Source: Eledone cirrhosa
Lineage: Eukaryota
Assembly (NCBI GenBank): GCA_964016885.1
Contig: CAXHJY010000964.1
Span: 1 to 64,000 of the forward strand
Length of the DNA: 64,000 nt
Reading direction: 5' to 3'
The notes below the pieces were generated by a model. The model ran no database searches, was not told the DNA's origin, and saw only the letters and a program-made list of their open reading frames with translations. Shown here in pieces: positions 1-13,479 of this stretch (the stretch's first letter is position 1; the number at the start of each line of letters is the position of its first letter). A program made the translations under genes and the position numbers.

Positions 1-329
1 AAACAAACATCCCGTATTAAGCCGTAGTGTCTAGCAACCACCGTTGTTCGTTTGTTCAACACTGACAAAGGAACGCTGTACTAGTTTCAAGCTTGTTAGC
101 TATCGTCAGCAACGTATACCTTCTTGCCAGATTGTTGAACGTATATACTTACCTTATGCATATTAACGGCTGAGTAGCCCAATTTTCATATCGAGTGGGT
201 TAATCGGCCGGGTGCACCGAAAACGATAAACGGAAAAAATGAAACGATATTTCATTTCCCACTCTTAGTACGGCTGTTACTTAAATATAAGTATGTACAC
301 GTACATACATATATGTATACCGACGTACA

Positions 330-391
330 GTAGTATGTATATATATATACATACATGCACACATATATATATGCACGTATGGATTCACCGA

Positions 392-422
<31 letters not shown>

Positions 423-424
423 CC

Positions 425-470
<46 letters not shown>

Positions 471-943
471 TATATATTATATATATAAAATATTAAAAAA
501 ATAATGAATAAAACAATGAAACAAAATTATACAAAATTATACAAATTTTGTATAATTTTGTACATAGATCTGTTAAATACACATGCCAATTCTAACACAT
601 ATATATCCCAGAAACGATCGTTAAATAATGAACTTTTTTTGTTTAATATAAGGAACTGTTTCATTGTTTTATTCATTATTTTTTTAATATTTTATCTTGA
701 CTCTGTATTGCGTTTATCTTTCACCGAAAGTGATTTTTCATTGCATCTCTTCTTTCCATGATATCCGGATTACATTGAGTTCTTCATACGGATTGGACAC
801 TACCGTAAACTCTTGGTAGATTTATCTACATATATTATATATATATATATTTTATATATATATTATATATATATATATATACATAATATATATATATATA
901 TAATATATATATACATATATATATATATTATATCTATATATAT

Positions 944-991
<48 letters not shown>

Positions 992-1083
992 AAGTATATT
1001 ATATATATATATATTATATAAATATTATATATATATATTATATATATATTGTATACATATATATATATTATATATATATATAT

Positions 1084-1115
<32 letters not shown>

Positions 1116-1220
1116 ATGATATATATATTATATATATATATATATATTATATATATATATTATATATATATATATATTATATATGTATATATTATATATA
1201 TATTATATATATATATATAA
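330..1220. repeat. (TA)n microsatellite arrays (~330-495, ~829-1220) separated by AT-rich sequence
   Basis: Direct reading: TA runs with TT/AA interruptions. Confidence 0.9.
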
Positions 1221-1959
1221 ATACAATAACAGAGATAGTTTAAAGCTAAACTCTGACTGGTAACCATCTCACTCAAGAAACATTAGGTTATATAAACCCA
1301 ATTTAAGTGTTTGGGGTGCTAACAATATGTATTATGTGGAAAAGCCTGTTGTATTATTTTATGAGATATAATTAAAGTTAAAATATATCTCTCTTTCCAA
1401 ACAATTGTTTCATTATAAGTTTTCTACAAATTCGGAGAATATTTCCAGTTTATGCAGAAGCCTAATATACATTCATGTAAGAATATATTTAGGTGGGCGC
1501 TTATAAATCATCAGTGGAAGCCCATTAAACTTTGATATAAGAAAAATATTTTTCTTACCGCAGTTAAAATTCGTGTCTGTTAAGTTGCTCCTTCCCGCAT
1601 CGAATGACCGGCAAATTTGAAATTCCAGCAGTTTTTGACTGAGGAAGTATTATAGCGTCACTAAGCGGGAAGGGGAGACAACTAGACAAGAGATCCACGA
1701 AGGAGGAAAAAAATAATAATATACACGCGGGTTAATCAGTTTTTTCGAAAACATTATCAATCCAACGTGTTAAGAACTTAATTGAAATTAAAAAAATAAA
1801 TATATGCATGTATAAATAACACACGCATATAGATATTTTCTTAGGCTAAAATCAGAGGTTGTACCTGAATAAGAAACCGCATCTCGTAACCGTAGTAAAT
1901 ACGGAAAGTTATGCTTTAAAGGGCAAATGAGAATGTAAATCTCCGGCCAAATTAAGAGT

Positions 1960-2088
1960 AATATATATATATGTATAATATATATATATATAATATATAT
2001 ATAATATATATATAATATAAATATATATATAATATATATATATATATAATATATATATATAATATATATATATAATATATATATATAA
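1960..2088. repeat. (TA)n array with AA-type interruptions
   Basis: Runs of tatataatatat. Confidence 0.9.
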
Positions 2089-2978
2089 TCTATATATATA
2101 AAACTGTGGTTGTCTGTCTGTCTATCGATTTTTGGCACACATCTCCTCTTAGAATCTCTCACGGAATTGCACCGAAATTGCTATACTTGTACATTGAGCC
2201 CTAGCGAAGACATCGGAAAAAAAAATTTCAAATTGACCCACCCTATGTGACGAAATCGAATATAATGTATCGATTTTTGAGCGTAAGTGATCAGTTATTT
2301 CCCTTTGTTCTGTTTACATTGAGCGTCTGCGTGCAAAAATTAAAAAAATTACGCTGGCTTTCTCAGCGTTTAAAATGACATTAACACAATACACGATTTA
2401 AGGCTACGTAAAACAAGCCTTTTAAAACAATATTTTTACTTGAAAACAAGTCTATTTAAAAACTACTTAAAACAAGCAAATATTTCGTAAAAAAAAGCAA
2501 AAATTATATAAGTTTATATAAAATATATGTATCTGTAAATTTCGTTAGGCGTGCAGACAGACAGTCGTGCAGAGAGGTGATATAGGCGTGCAGACAGATA
2601 GTCGTGCAGAGAGGTGATATAGGCGTGCAGACAGACAGTCGTGCAGAGAGGTGATATAGGCGTGCAGACAGACATAACTGATAATTTGGTTACGCTAATG
2701 TTTTTCTCTGCGTTGCAGTGTTTACATTTTCGATCTTTGTTAATAAATAACCAGTGCAGTTTTTATCCCCAGCATCCTCTTTTGTTATAACATTCGGGTT
2801 ATCGTTATGTTTTCTTAACTTCATAAGGCATATTGTTGGTTGAGGGAATATTAATCAAAAACACCACATGCAAGTCTGCACAGTAGACACTACAGTTTTT
2901 AAGCCAAAAAAGAAACTTAACATTGTAACTTTAACACAGCTACTGAGCGACCCCGAGCAACGCTGGGCTTCACTGCTA

Positions 2979-2979
<1 letters not shown>
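2089..2979 (+). mobile_element. Non-autonomous Helitron, copy 1
   Basis: Starts A|TC (tctatatatataaaactg). Ends with GC-rich hairpin cccgagcaacgctggg then CTAG|T at 2976-2980. Has an internal minisatellite and no ORF. Confidence 0.8.
2546..2673 (+). repeat. 37-bp minisatellite inside Helitron copy 1 (~3.5 units)
   Basis: Unit taggcgtgcagacagacagtcgtgcagagaggtgata at 2546, 2583, 2620, 2657. Confidence 0.9.
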
Positions 2980-3014
<35 letters not shown>

Positions 3015-3028
<14 letters not shown>

Positions 3029-4018
3029 CTGTGGTTGTTTGTCTGTCTATCGATTTTTGGCACACATCTCCTCTTAGAATCTCTCACGGAATTGCACCGA
3101 AATTGCTATACTTGTACATTGAGCCCTAGCGAAGACATCGGAAAAAAAAAATTTAAAATTGACCCACCCTATGTGACGAAATCGAATATAATGTATCGAT
3201 TTTTGAGCGTAAGTGATCAGTTATTTCCCTTTGTTCTGTTTACATTGAGCGTCTTACGTAAAAAATTACGCTGGCTTTCTCAGCGTTTAAAATGACATTA
3301 ACACAATACACGAACAGACAGTTGTCGAGCCAGCAAAATATTGACCTGCAAAATTCATCAGTTCGAACACTAAGCTTACGTTTTGCTTCATTTCCATTTA
3401 AAAGCATTTTAAAACAATATTTTTACTTGAAAATAAGTCTATTTAAAGACTACGTAAAACAAGCAAATATTTCGTCGTTAGGCGTGCAGACAGACAGTCG
3501 TGCAGACAGACAGTCGTGCAGACAGACAGTCGTGCAGAGAGGTGATATACGCGTGCAGACAGATAGTCGTGCAGAGAGGTGATATAGGCGTGCAGACAGA
3601 CAGTCGTGCAGAGAGGTGATGTAGGCGTGCAGACAGACAGTCGTGCAGAGAGGTGATATAGGCGTGCAGACAGACAGTCGTGCAGAGAGGTGATATAGGC
3701 GTGCAGACAGACATAACTGATAATTTGGTTACGCTAATGTTTTTCTCTGCGTTGCAGTGTTTACATTTTCAATCTTTGTTAATAAATAACCAGTGCAGTT
3801 TCTATCCCCAGCATCCTCTTTTGTTATAACATTCGGGTTATCGTTATGTTTTCTTAACTTCATAAGGCATATTGTTGGTTGAGGGAATATTAATCAAAAA
3901 CACCACATGCAAGTTTGCACAGTAGACACTACAGTTTTTAAGCCAAGAAAGAAACTTAACATTGTAACTTTAACACAGCTACTGAGCGACCCCGAGCAAC
4001 GCCGGGCTTTACTGCTAG
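3015..4018 (+). mobile_element. Non-autonomous Helitron, copy 2, head-to-tail with copy 1
   Basis: Near-identical to 2089-2979. Hairpin cccgagcaacgccggg and CTAG|T at 4015-4019. The 5' end merges into the TA run. Confidence 0.8.
3479..3713 (+). repeat. 37-bp minisatellite (~5-6 units, plus 16-bp subunit expansion) inside Helitron copy 2
   Basis: Same unit as 2546-2673, with extra cgtgcagacagacagt subunits. Confidence 0.9.
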
Positions 4019-4193
4019 TATAATATATATATACTATAATATATATATAAATATATAATATATATAATATATATATATATATAATATATATATATAATAT
4101 ATATATATATAATATATATATATAATATATATATATAATATATATGTATATATATAATATATATATATATAAAATATATATATATAATATATA

Positions 4194-4520
4194 TTTTTGA
4201 GTTTATGTTGGTTGTATGCAGGCTGGAGCACTCGACGAAGTGCGCAGGTTGGTTTGGTTACTCCGGAGTAGTGTAAAATACAGTTAAATAAAAGTCAAAT
4301 GATTAAAATTTAGCTTCGTTTATTACTGCTATATATATATATATCAGTGACAGCCATCTTTGGCTGTGACCTATTCAGGCAGTTTGAATTAGTATGGTAT
4401 AGACAAGTACATATGTTGTTTAGGTGTATAATATTGTCAATACTCTGATATGCCCAGTTCCTTGTTGGGTTGTTAATTTAATGAGGAACTGGAGTCATAT
4501 GACTCCAGTTCCTCATTTTA
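4194..4520 (-). mobile_element. PLE family B terminal repeat (pLTR), inverted relative to the adjacent ORF, with decayed hammerhead at 4325-4383
   Basis: Homologous to 32489-32719. Minus strand reads actgc CTGAATA stemII tGATA (TA)n gcagt. Confidence 0.75.
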
Positions 4521-6245
4521 AAAAATGCATCACGACCACCTACAAAAAGGTAATAGAGATGGCACTGACTGAGACAAACGCGGCCGGAAAAGAAATCGCC
4601 AAGTCCCTTAAATTACACGACCGAACCGAACCTTTAAGGATAAAGACCCGGCACTTTACCCTGAAGGACCATAAGGGAAACTTCCTCAACAAACCATCAG
4701 TCAGACTTATCAACCCCACTCGTTCTGACATCGGCTCTATCAGTAAGAAGATCCTGGATAGAGTTCTACCATCATTGCGGGCTGCCTCACCCTTCCACTC
4801 TGGAGCAGAACATCTGAGGCAATATCATGGTTCCAAGAATTAGCCGACAAACACCACACTTGCTTCCTGCAACTCGACATAGAAAACTACTATACCCCTA
4901 TCTCGGAGCCCCTCCTGAAGGACGCAATTAACTTTGCCAGGAATTTTACCACCATTACCGATGCTGAGCAAGTTGTTATCCTCCACGCTCGTAAGACCTT
5001 TCTATACCACGATGGATCTTACTGGATCAACAAGAAATCTCAGACCCCATTTGACGTTAGCATGGGAGCGAGTGACTCGGCTGAAATTAGCGACCTTGTG
5101 GGCTTGTACATCCTACATCACCTGAAGAACCTCTTTACCGGCCTAACCGGAGGTTTATACCGAGACGACGGCCTCTTCGCCCTGCATAAGGTTAACCCCA
5201 GAACCACCGATGGGTTTCGGAAAAACTTAAGCTCATTCTTCTCTAATCTATGATTTAGTATAACTATAGAATCTAATTTGACTAGGGCCAACTTCTTAGA
5301 TGTCACTCTCGACCTAGATACTTCCCTCTATTACCCGTACCCCAAACCTAACGAGTCCCTTAGATATATTAATGTTAATTCAAACCACCCCCAAAACCTC
5401 ACTGATAACCTAGTAAAAAGCGTCTCTATTAGAATATCTGGCCTCTTCGCCAACAAAGATATTTTTAACGCATCTGCCTCCTACTACAATGACGCCCTCG
5501 CCCGCAGCTAATTTAAAGAAAAGATAACATACCTAGAAACCACCGCAAGATTGCAGAGGAGGAATAGACATAGGCAGATTAGCTGGTACAACCCTCCCTT
5601 CAATAGAGAGGTCTCTACACCGATAGCTAGGATTTTCTTCACTTTGCTGAAATTACACTTCCCCATACAACATAGGTACCACGCCATCTTTAATAAGAAC
5701 ACAATAAGACTCTCCTACTCCACCACACCTAACCTAGCTAGGAATATAGCCAACCACAATTCTAAAAAATTAAATAAGCCAACCACCTCCGAACCCAATC
5801 CCCGGACTGGGGTTCTGTGTAATTGCCTAAATAAGGAAGCATGCCCACTTGAAAACAAATGCCTCACAAATGATATCGTATACAAATGCGATGTCATCTC
5901 AGGCACCGATGATTGCAAAAAAACTTACATCGGCATGACCTCCAACAACTTTAAGACCCGTTGGTATGCCCATACCCACTCCTTCAGCAGACCGGACAAA
6001 TCAAACCAGACAACACTCGCCTCCTATGTTTGGGACCTCAAAAGGAACTCCACCCCCTTCACGCTTAAAAAGAAAATACTCCAGAAAGCGCGCTCTTACA
6101 ACGGAGGACACAAGGGCTGCGACCTTTGTATCTCAGAGAGCTACGAAATTTTATTCGCCAAGGGCCCGCTACTGAACAAATTCTCTGAATACTGCCCGAA
6201 CTGCATGCACAAGAACATTGCAACTTTCAAACACTTTAAGCCAGT
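4521..6245 (+). pseudogene. 5'-truncated PLE RT/GIY-YIG ORF with frameshifts and stops (YRDD type)
   Basis: Motifs RLINPTRSDIGSISKKILD, MGASDSAEISDLVG, GLYRDDGL, FLDVTLDL, CNC..CPL..CL, IVY..TYIGMT..FKTR, CDLC..E across ORFs 4424, 5062, 5278 and 5551. Confidence 0.9.
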
Positions 6246-7150
<905 letters not shown>

Positions 7151-7320
7151 TATATATATATTGTTATACTTTGGGAGGTTCATGTTGCCAATAAGAAACA
7201 CACGCACCAGTTGCTTTCACTTCAATTTAATTTATTATATATTTATAAATTTACAAATTTATAAATTTCTGGTTGGTTGGTTGGTTGGTTCCACAACCAG
7301 ATAGTTGTTTATATATATAT

Positions 7321-7365
7321 AGTCATAGTTCTTTCGTCACACACTCTGTGACCTCTTCAGTGACT
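7321..7365 (-). ncRNA. Type-I hammerhead ribozyme, family A
   Basis: agtca CTGAAGA g gtcaca-gagtg-tgtgac GAAA gaac TA tgact. Stem I 5 bp, stem II 6 bp, minimal stem III. Confidence 0.75.
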
Positions 7366-7676
7366 GGGGATTTCTTTCTTCGTTTCTGTGCCTTTCCTTT
7401 CTTCTATCCTACGCCATTTTGTTTGTGTGTGGGTTGCGTGCTCAGTTTGCGCATGCGCATGCGCCACATCCGGGTGTCTGTGTGTGTTTGTGTTCATTTT
7501 TCTATTTTTCTATTTATATTTTTCTATTTGTTTATTTATTTATTTATTTATTGTTGGTTGGTTGTTTGTTCTATGTGTGTGTGTGTTTTCATTTTGTCTT
7601 GTGTGTGTTTTCATTTTGTGTGTGTTTTCAATTGTAAGTTGTTTGTTCTATGTGTGTGTGTGTTTTCATTTTGTCC

Positions 7677-10600
7677 TTAATTGTAAGTTGTGATGTTGCT
7701 GTTCCACTCATATTTTCTATTTAATTTTGGTTTTAATTCTTTTATGCTTACTGCCTCTGTAATTTGCCTAAACATTGCGTCTTTCTTGTGTGTGGATTCT
7801 ATTTTTATTTCTATGCTCTCTAATTTACCCCTGTGTTCTATCTTAGCATGTTGGTAGAGCACAGATGATTCTTTATTATCTTGGAGGTCTCGCCAGTGTT
7901 CATTTATTCGTTCCCCTATACTACGAGCTGTCTCACCTACGTACACTATATTTTTGTTTCTACATTGTCCTTCAGTACATCTTATGCTATATACTACATT
8001 TCTAGTTTTACAGTTAATATGGGGGCTTATTTTACAGGTTATACATTTCTTATCTATACATGAGGGTCTTTGGAACGGGTATGTCTTGCTAATAAGTGTT
8101 TTTACGGAGGTACCAGGTCTTTCTACTATCTTAATATTGAGATTATGTTTCTTTAGGGCCCTTCTAAATTTGTAGGCTAGTTCGCCTCTAGGGGTTGTAT
8201 TGATGAACATTACACTCTGGTATTTATTGCTATCATACCATGAGTTTATTCTATTGGCCTTGTTCCTAGTTCTTTCTATTCTATTCCAAAATTTGCTCCT
8301 ATACAAGGGGCAGGTCCCATTTATGTCATTATTTACCATTTTTTCCCATTTGGTTCTGGCTCCTTTATACACTCTGATTCTATCTCTCTGATTGTAGCCA
8401 GAGAACTGCATACGGTGGATGAAGTGTTGTATGCGTCTCTCTAGTTCTTCGGGGTTGCACATGCGGGACACATTTCTCATCACCCGTACCAAATCCGCAA
8501 TCAGTATGTTGATTTTGGTATGGTCCGAAATGGCCGAGTTTCGGTGGATCAGATGTTTGGAAGTCATGGGTTTGGCATAATGGGAATGGAGGATTTGTTT
8601 TTGGTTGTTAATTGTATCTAACCAGAGCTATGTGTCTAGTACAGGTAATCGATGGTTGGGGTGTCTACTTGGGTAGTCTATAGTAACTCTAATGCTCTGG
8701 TGGATGGAGTTTTCTATTTGCTGGATGCTTTCCATTGTGTTTTTCTCTAGTTCCTGACTGTTCTCTAGTGGGGGTGTCTTAACTACGATGTTTATATCAT
8801 CAACGTAGCGGGAGTATATTGTCAGGGTTAAGGGGTCTTCTAATTGTTCTTTAAGTTTAAGCTTAAGTCTACTGTCCCACCATACCATGAATAAGTTAGC
8901 TATGTCTCCTGCAATGCTAACACCAATGGCTGCTCCTTCCTCTTGGGCATATGTTTTTCCATTAAATTTGTACATATGTTCCTTAAGGGTTAGTTTTATG
9001 CTGGCCCCTACCGCATGTGCAATCATTTTCTTCAGTTCATCGTGGTTTTCGGATGTCCGTATGGCTCTGGTCCACCCGTTCCATCTATCTGTGTGGGTTT
9101 TCTTGGCCATTGAGGTAATGGTAGGTGGTCTGCCTCTTGCTGGTCTTGTAGGGCACAGGTTGCTAAGGTCATAAGTGTCTAGGTAACTATTACTATGGGT
9201 AAGCTTAAGTAGAAGTCCCAGCTCACTGGTATCAATCCCACGGAACTCAACCTTGCTCTCGCTGATCATTTCTACGCATTTCTCCACAGCAAAATCCACG
9301 TCAATAGATGGATACAGGGACACAACATCCATACTGCCTATTATGCAGTTTGTTAGGTCCCCAGATCGGTTACCCGCGCCGATTCCGCTGAGGAGGTCCT
9401 CCGTGCTGTCACACACATCTGGGGACATCTCAATGATGGGGCGTATGATCAGGGAGAGGAAGTAGGACAGTCTGTAGTTACTAGCAATGTTATCCCCACA
9501 GACTGGCCGTGTTGGTGGTCGCGCGACAGGGTCCCAGCCCGTTTTATGGTCTTTTCGAAGCCCATACAACGCCGGCACGTCATTGTTCCAGGCTTGGAAG
9601 TTGTTGGCAGTCCTTTTGTTGGGCTGCATTATATTTGTCCACATCACCATATGGGCATTGAGGGTTTTTTCTCTATCCTCATGCTCCTGTGGTGTTACCT
9701 CTCTTGTGTTAGTGATGTGGGGTTGCATTGCCTGGATGTAGTTTGGCAGGCTGTCAACCGACATTCTGCCAGACTTGTCTGTTGGAAAGCATGCTATCTC
9801 TCCATTACGCGAGCGCTGCATGAGCTTACGCAAGCCATTTGCAGATTCTTCTCCCAGTTGCTGGGCCTCTATTCTATTATGCTTCTTGCTATACTGTTCT
9901 ATAATATTTCTAAGTTCGGATTTAGCTATACTAAATTGTGCTTCTGTTTGTTCGTCGACCTGTGACGGCAACTGCGTGCGTTTGTTAAATGGCAAAGTCG
10001 TGGCGTGGACTCGTCGTAGGTCGAATGATTTATCGGAGGGGTTATAAAACGGAGAGTTCCAGGCTGCTGCTTTATGTGTACTAGTGCTATTATTATTGTT
10101 AGTTGTGTTGTTTCTATTTCCACCAACAGCAGCAGCCTCAGCTTCATGGTTGTTTCTATGTCTCTCATAATTACTCCTGTCTCTTTCCACTGGCTCAATG
10201 TTGTTATCTACCCTATTTTGTGTGTCTGTGTGTTCGTCTTGGTTATTCTCTTTGTCCTTAGTCTCCCATCTCCTTTTCCTTTTAATCCTATTACTTTCTC
10301 TTATTTCTCTGATTTCTGTGCTACTGTCATTACTTGTTTTCTGTGTCTGTGTGTTTGTTAAGATTGTGGTGGTGGTGAGAGGCATTGAATGCGTGTGTGT
10401 TGTTGTTGTTGATGTGTGTTGTTGTTGATGTGTGTTGTTGTTGTCTCCGTGTGTGTGTGTGTTATCGTTGTTGTGTGTGTTGTTATTGTTGTTTGTGTTT
10501 GCGTGTCTGTTGTTGTTGTATCTGGGTATGTTGCTATTGTTGTTGTTGTTGATGTGTGTGTTGTTGTTATTGTTGTCTCCGTGTGTGTTGTTATTGTTGT

Positions 10601-11378
10601 TTGTGTCTGCGTGTCTGTTGTTGTTGTATCTGGGTATGTTGCTATTGTTGTTGTTGTATCTGGGTATGTTGCTATTGTTGTTGTTATTGTTGTTTGTGTC
10701 TGTGTGTCTGTTGTTGTTGGGATGTGTGTTGTATATGTGTGTGCGTATATTGTTGCTTTTGTTTTTGTTTTTGATGCTCCAGCGTAGTTTCGTAAATGAT
10801 TTTTCTATTTCTGACAGACAACTAATCATATTTACCTTCTTGAATGTCGCAAATTTGGGTGGCAGACGTAACACAGACATTTCATTATTATCTATTTCCG
10901 TGTTTCCATAAATGTTGGTATTTTCATTGTTGAACTCTTCAGATAATGAGGTGTCGGCCATGTTGATACCGTCAATTTTGTCGGGATATCTATTGGTATA
11001 CTCTATAGTATCCCGATTTAGCTTTGCCTGTTTAAGCCACTTTAATTTTCTGTTAAAGTGCTTATTACATTCTTGAGTAATGTACTGTTCTTCGGGGCGT
11101 ATAAGGCTTATAAATGTTAGTTTTTCTGCTGGTGTGGTGATTTTAGATATTTCTTGTATTAGGTTGCGCTTTAGTTTTTCTTGATGACTTAATTCACTAT
11201 AGATCTTCTTTTTTATGTTTAGAATTAAAGTTCGTTTTAGCCTATCTGCTTGTTTTTTGGTGAGTTGTAATCTTCTAACGTCGGTATTGATGGTGTTGGT
11301 GTAGATTCTAGAAGTGGTGCACAGTTTTATGAAGCGTAGTTGTCGAGATGTTATGGTTTTTCGTAGACAACAGAACAT
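7677..11378 (-). pseudogene. PLE family A polyprotein (RT + Cys linker + GIY-YIG), interrupted by one in-frame TAG at 8628-8630
   Basis: The 916-aa ORF has PTDKSG, LYGLRKDHK, SMDVVSLYPSI, GAAIG and RYVDD. The 296-aa ORF lies in the same frame 60 nt past the stop and has NVVYSIRC..YVGETAR..R..EH..E...LN. Confidence 0.92.
10380..10760 (-). repeat. (AAC)n / (CA)n low-complexity tract encoding an Asn/His/Thr-rich insert in the family A ORF
   Basis: Translated NNNNNSNIPRYNNN repeats, frame preserved. Confidence 0.85.
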
Positions 11379-11955
11379 GGTGGTTTTCAGTATCTTGTTA
11401 GCCTGGCTAAGGCTTACGATATTTCGTTTCTGAAGTTGTTTAGCAAGATTCTTTATCTGAAATCATGTTGCCAATAAGAAACACACGCACCAGTTGCTTT
11501 CACTTCAATTTAATTTATTATATATTTATAAATTTACAAATTTATAAATTTCTGGTTGGTTGGTTGGTTCCACAACCAGATAGTTGTTTATATATATATA
11601 GTCATAGTTCTTTCGTCACACACTCTGTGACCTCTTCGGTGACTGGGGATTTCTTTCTTCGTTTCTGTGCCTTTCCTTTCTTCTATCCTACGCCATTTTG
11701 TTTGTGTGTGGGTTGCGTGCTCAGTTTGCGCATGCGCATGCGCCACATCCGGGTGTCTGTGTGTGTTTGTGTTCATTTTTCTATTTTTCTATTTATATTT
11801 TTCTATTTGTTTATTTATTTATTTATTTATTGTTGGTTGGTTGTTTGTTCTATGTGTGTGTGTGTTTTCATTTTGTCTTGTGTGTGTTTTCATTTTGTGT
11901 GTGTTTTCAATTGTAAGTTGTTTGTTCTATGTGTGTGTGTGTTTTCATTTTGTCC

Positions 11956-13020
11956 TTAATTGTAAGTTGTGATGTTGCTGTTCCACTCATATTTTCTATT
12001 TAATTTTGGTTTTAATTCTTTTATGCTTACTGCCTCTGTAATTTGCCTAAACATTGCGTCTTTCTTGTGTGTGGATTCTATTTTTATTTCTATGCTCTCT
12101 AATTTACCCCTGTGTTCTATCTTAGCATGTTGGTAGAGCACAGATGATTCTTTATTATCTTGGAGGTCTCGCCAGTGTTCATTTATTCGTTCCCCTATAC
12201 TACGAGCTGTCTCACCTACGTACACTATATTTTTGTTTCTACATTGTCCTTCAGTACATCTTATGCTATATACTACATTTCTAGTTTTACAGTTAATATG
12301 GGGGCTTATTTTACAGGTTATACATTTCTTATCTATACATGAGGGTCTTTGGAACGGGTATGTCTTGCTAATAAGTGTTTTTACGGAGGTACCAGGTCTT
12401 TCTACTATCTTAATATTGAGATTATGTTTCTTTAGGGCCCTTCTAAATTTGTAGGCTAGTTCGCCTCTAGGGGTTGTATTGATGAACATTACACTCTGGT
12501 ATTTATTGCTATCATACCATGAGTTTATTCTATTGGCCTTGTTCCTAGTTCTTTCTATTCTATTCCAAAATTTGCTCCTATACAAGGGGCAGGTCCCATT
12601 TATGTCATTATTTACCATTTTTTCCCATTTGGTTCTGGCTCCTTTATACACTCTGATTCTATCTCTCTGATTGTAGCCAGAGAACTGCATACGGTGGATG
12701 AAGTGTTGTATGTGTCTCTCTAGTTCTTCGGGGTTGCACATGCGGGACACATTTCTCATCACCCGTACCAAATCCGCAATCAGTATGTTGATTTTGGTAT
12801 GGTCCGAAATGGCCGAGTTTCGGTGGATCAGATGTTTGGAAGTCATGGGTTTGGCATAATGGGAATGGAGGATTTGTTTTTGGTTGTTACTTGTATCTAA
12901 CCAGAGCTATGTGTCTAGTACAGGTAATCGATGGTTGGGGTGTCTACTTGGGTAGTCTATAGTAACTCTAATGCTCTGGTGGATGGAGTTTGCTATTTGC
13001 TGGGTGCTTTCCATTGTGTT
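11956..13020 (-). pseudogene. Second tandem copy of the family A RT thumb/GIY-YIG 3' end
   Basis: 296-aa ORF differs from 7677-8567 at one residue. Same TAG at 12908-12910. Confidence 0.9.
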
Positions 13021-13479
13021 TTTCACTTCAATTTAATTTATTATATATTTATAAATTTACAAATTTATAAATTTCTGGTTGGTTGGTTGGTTCCACAACC
13101 AGATAGTTGTTTATATATATATAGTCATAGTTCTTTCGTCACACACTCTGTGACCTCTTCAGTGACTGGGGATTTCTTTCTTCGTTTCTGTGCCTTTCCT
13201 TTCTTCTATCCTACGCCATTTTGTTTGTGTGTGGGTTGCGTGCTCAGTTTGCGCATGCGCATGCGCCACATCCGGGTGTCTGTGTGTGTTTGTGTTCATT
13301 TTTCTATTTTTCTATTTATATTTTTCTATTTGTTTATTTATTTATTTATTTATTGTTGGTTGGTTGTTTGTTCTATGTGTGTGTGTGTTTTCATTTTGTC
13401 TTGTGTGTGTTTTACTTTTGTGTGTGTTTTCAATTGTAAGTTGTTTGTTCTATGTGTGTGTGTGTTTTCATTTTGTCCT

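Noticed and set aside
58-98. Possible hammerhead (aaca ctgacaa ... aagcttgtt)
   Set aside because: GAAA is missing and the core is altered; too decayed to call.
2546-3713. CRISPR-like regular 37-bp array
   Set aside because: No unique spacers, no cas genes, eukaryotic context; it is a minisatellite inside Helitrons.
8628-8630. Selenocysteine recoding, as in Naiad PLEs
   Set aside because: The stop is TAG, not TGA; the sister family has Glu there; the endonuclease is C-terminal.
11423-11470. Spliced intron explaining the 38-nt gap
   Set aside because: No GT-AG ends; it is bounded by microhomology and breaks the frame.
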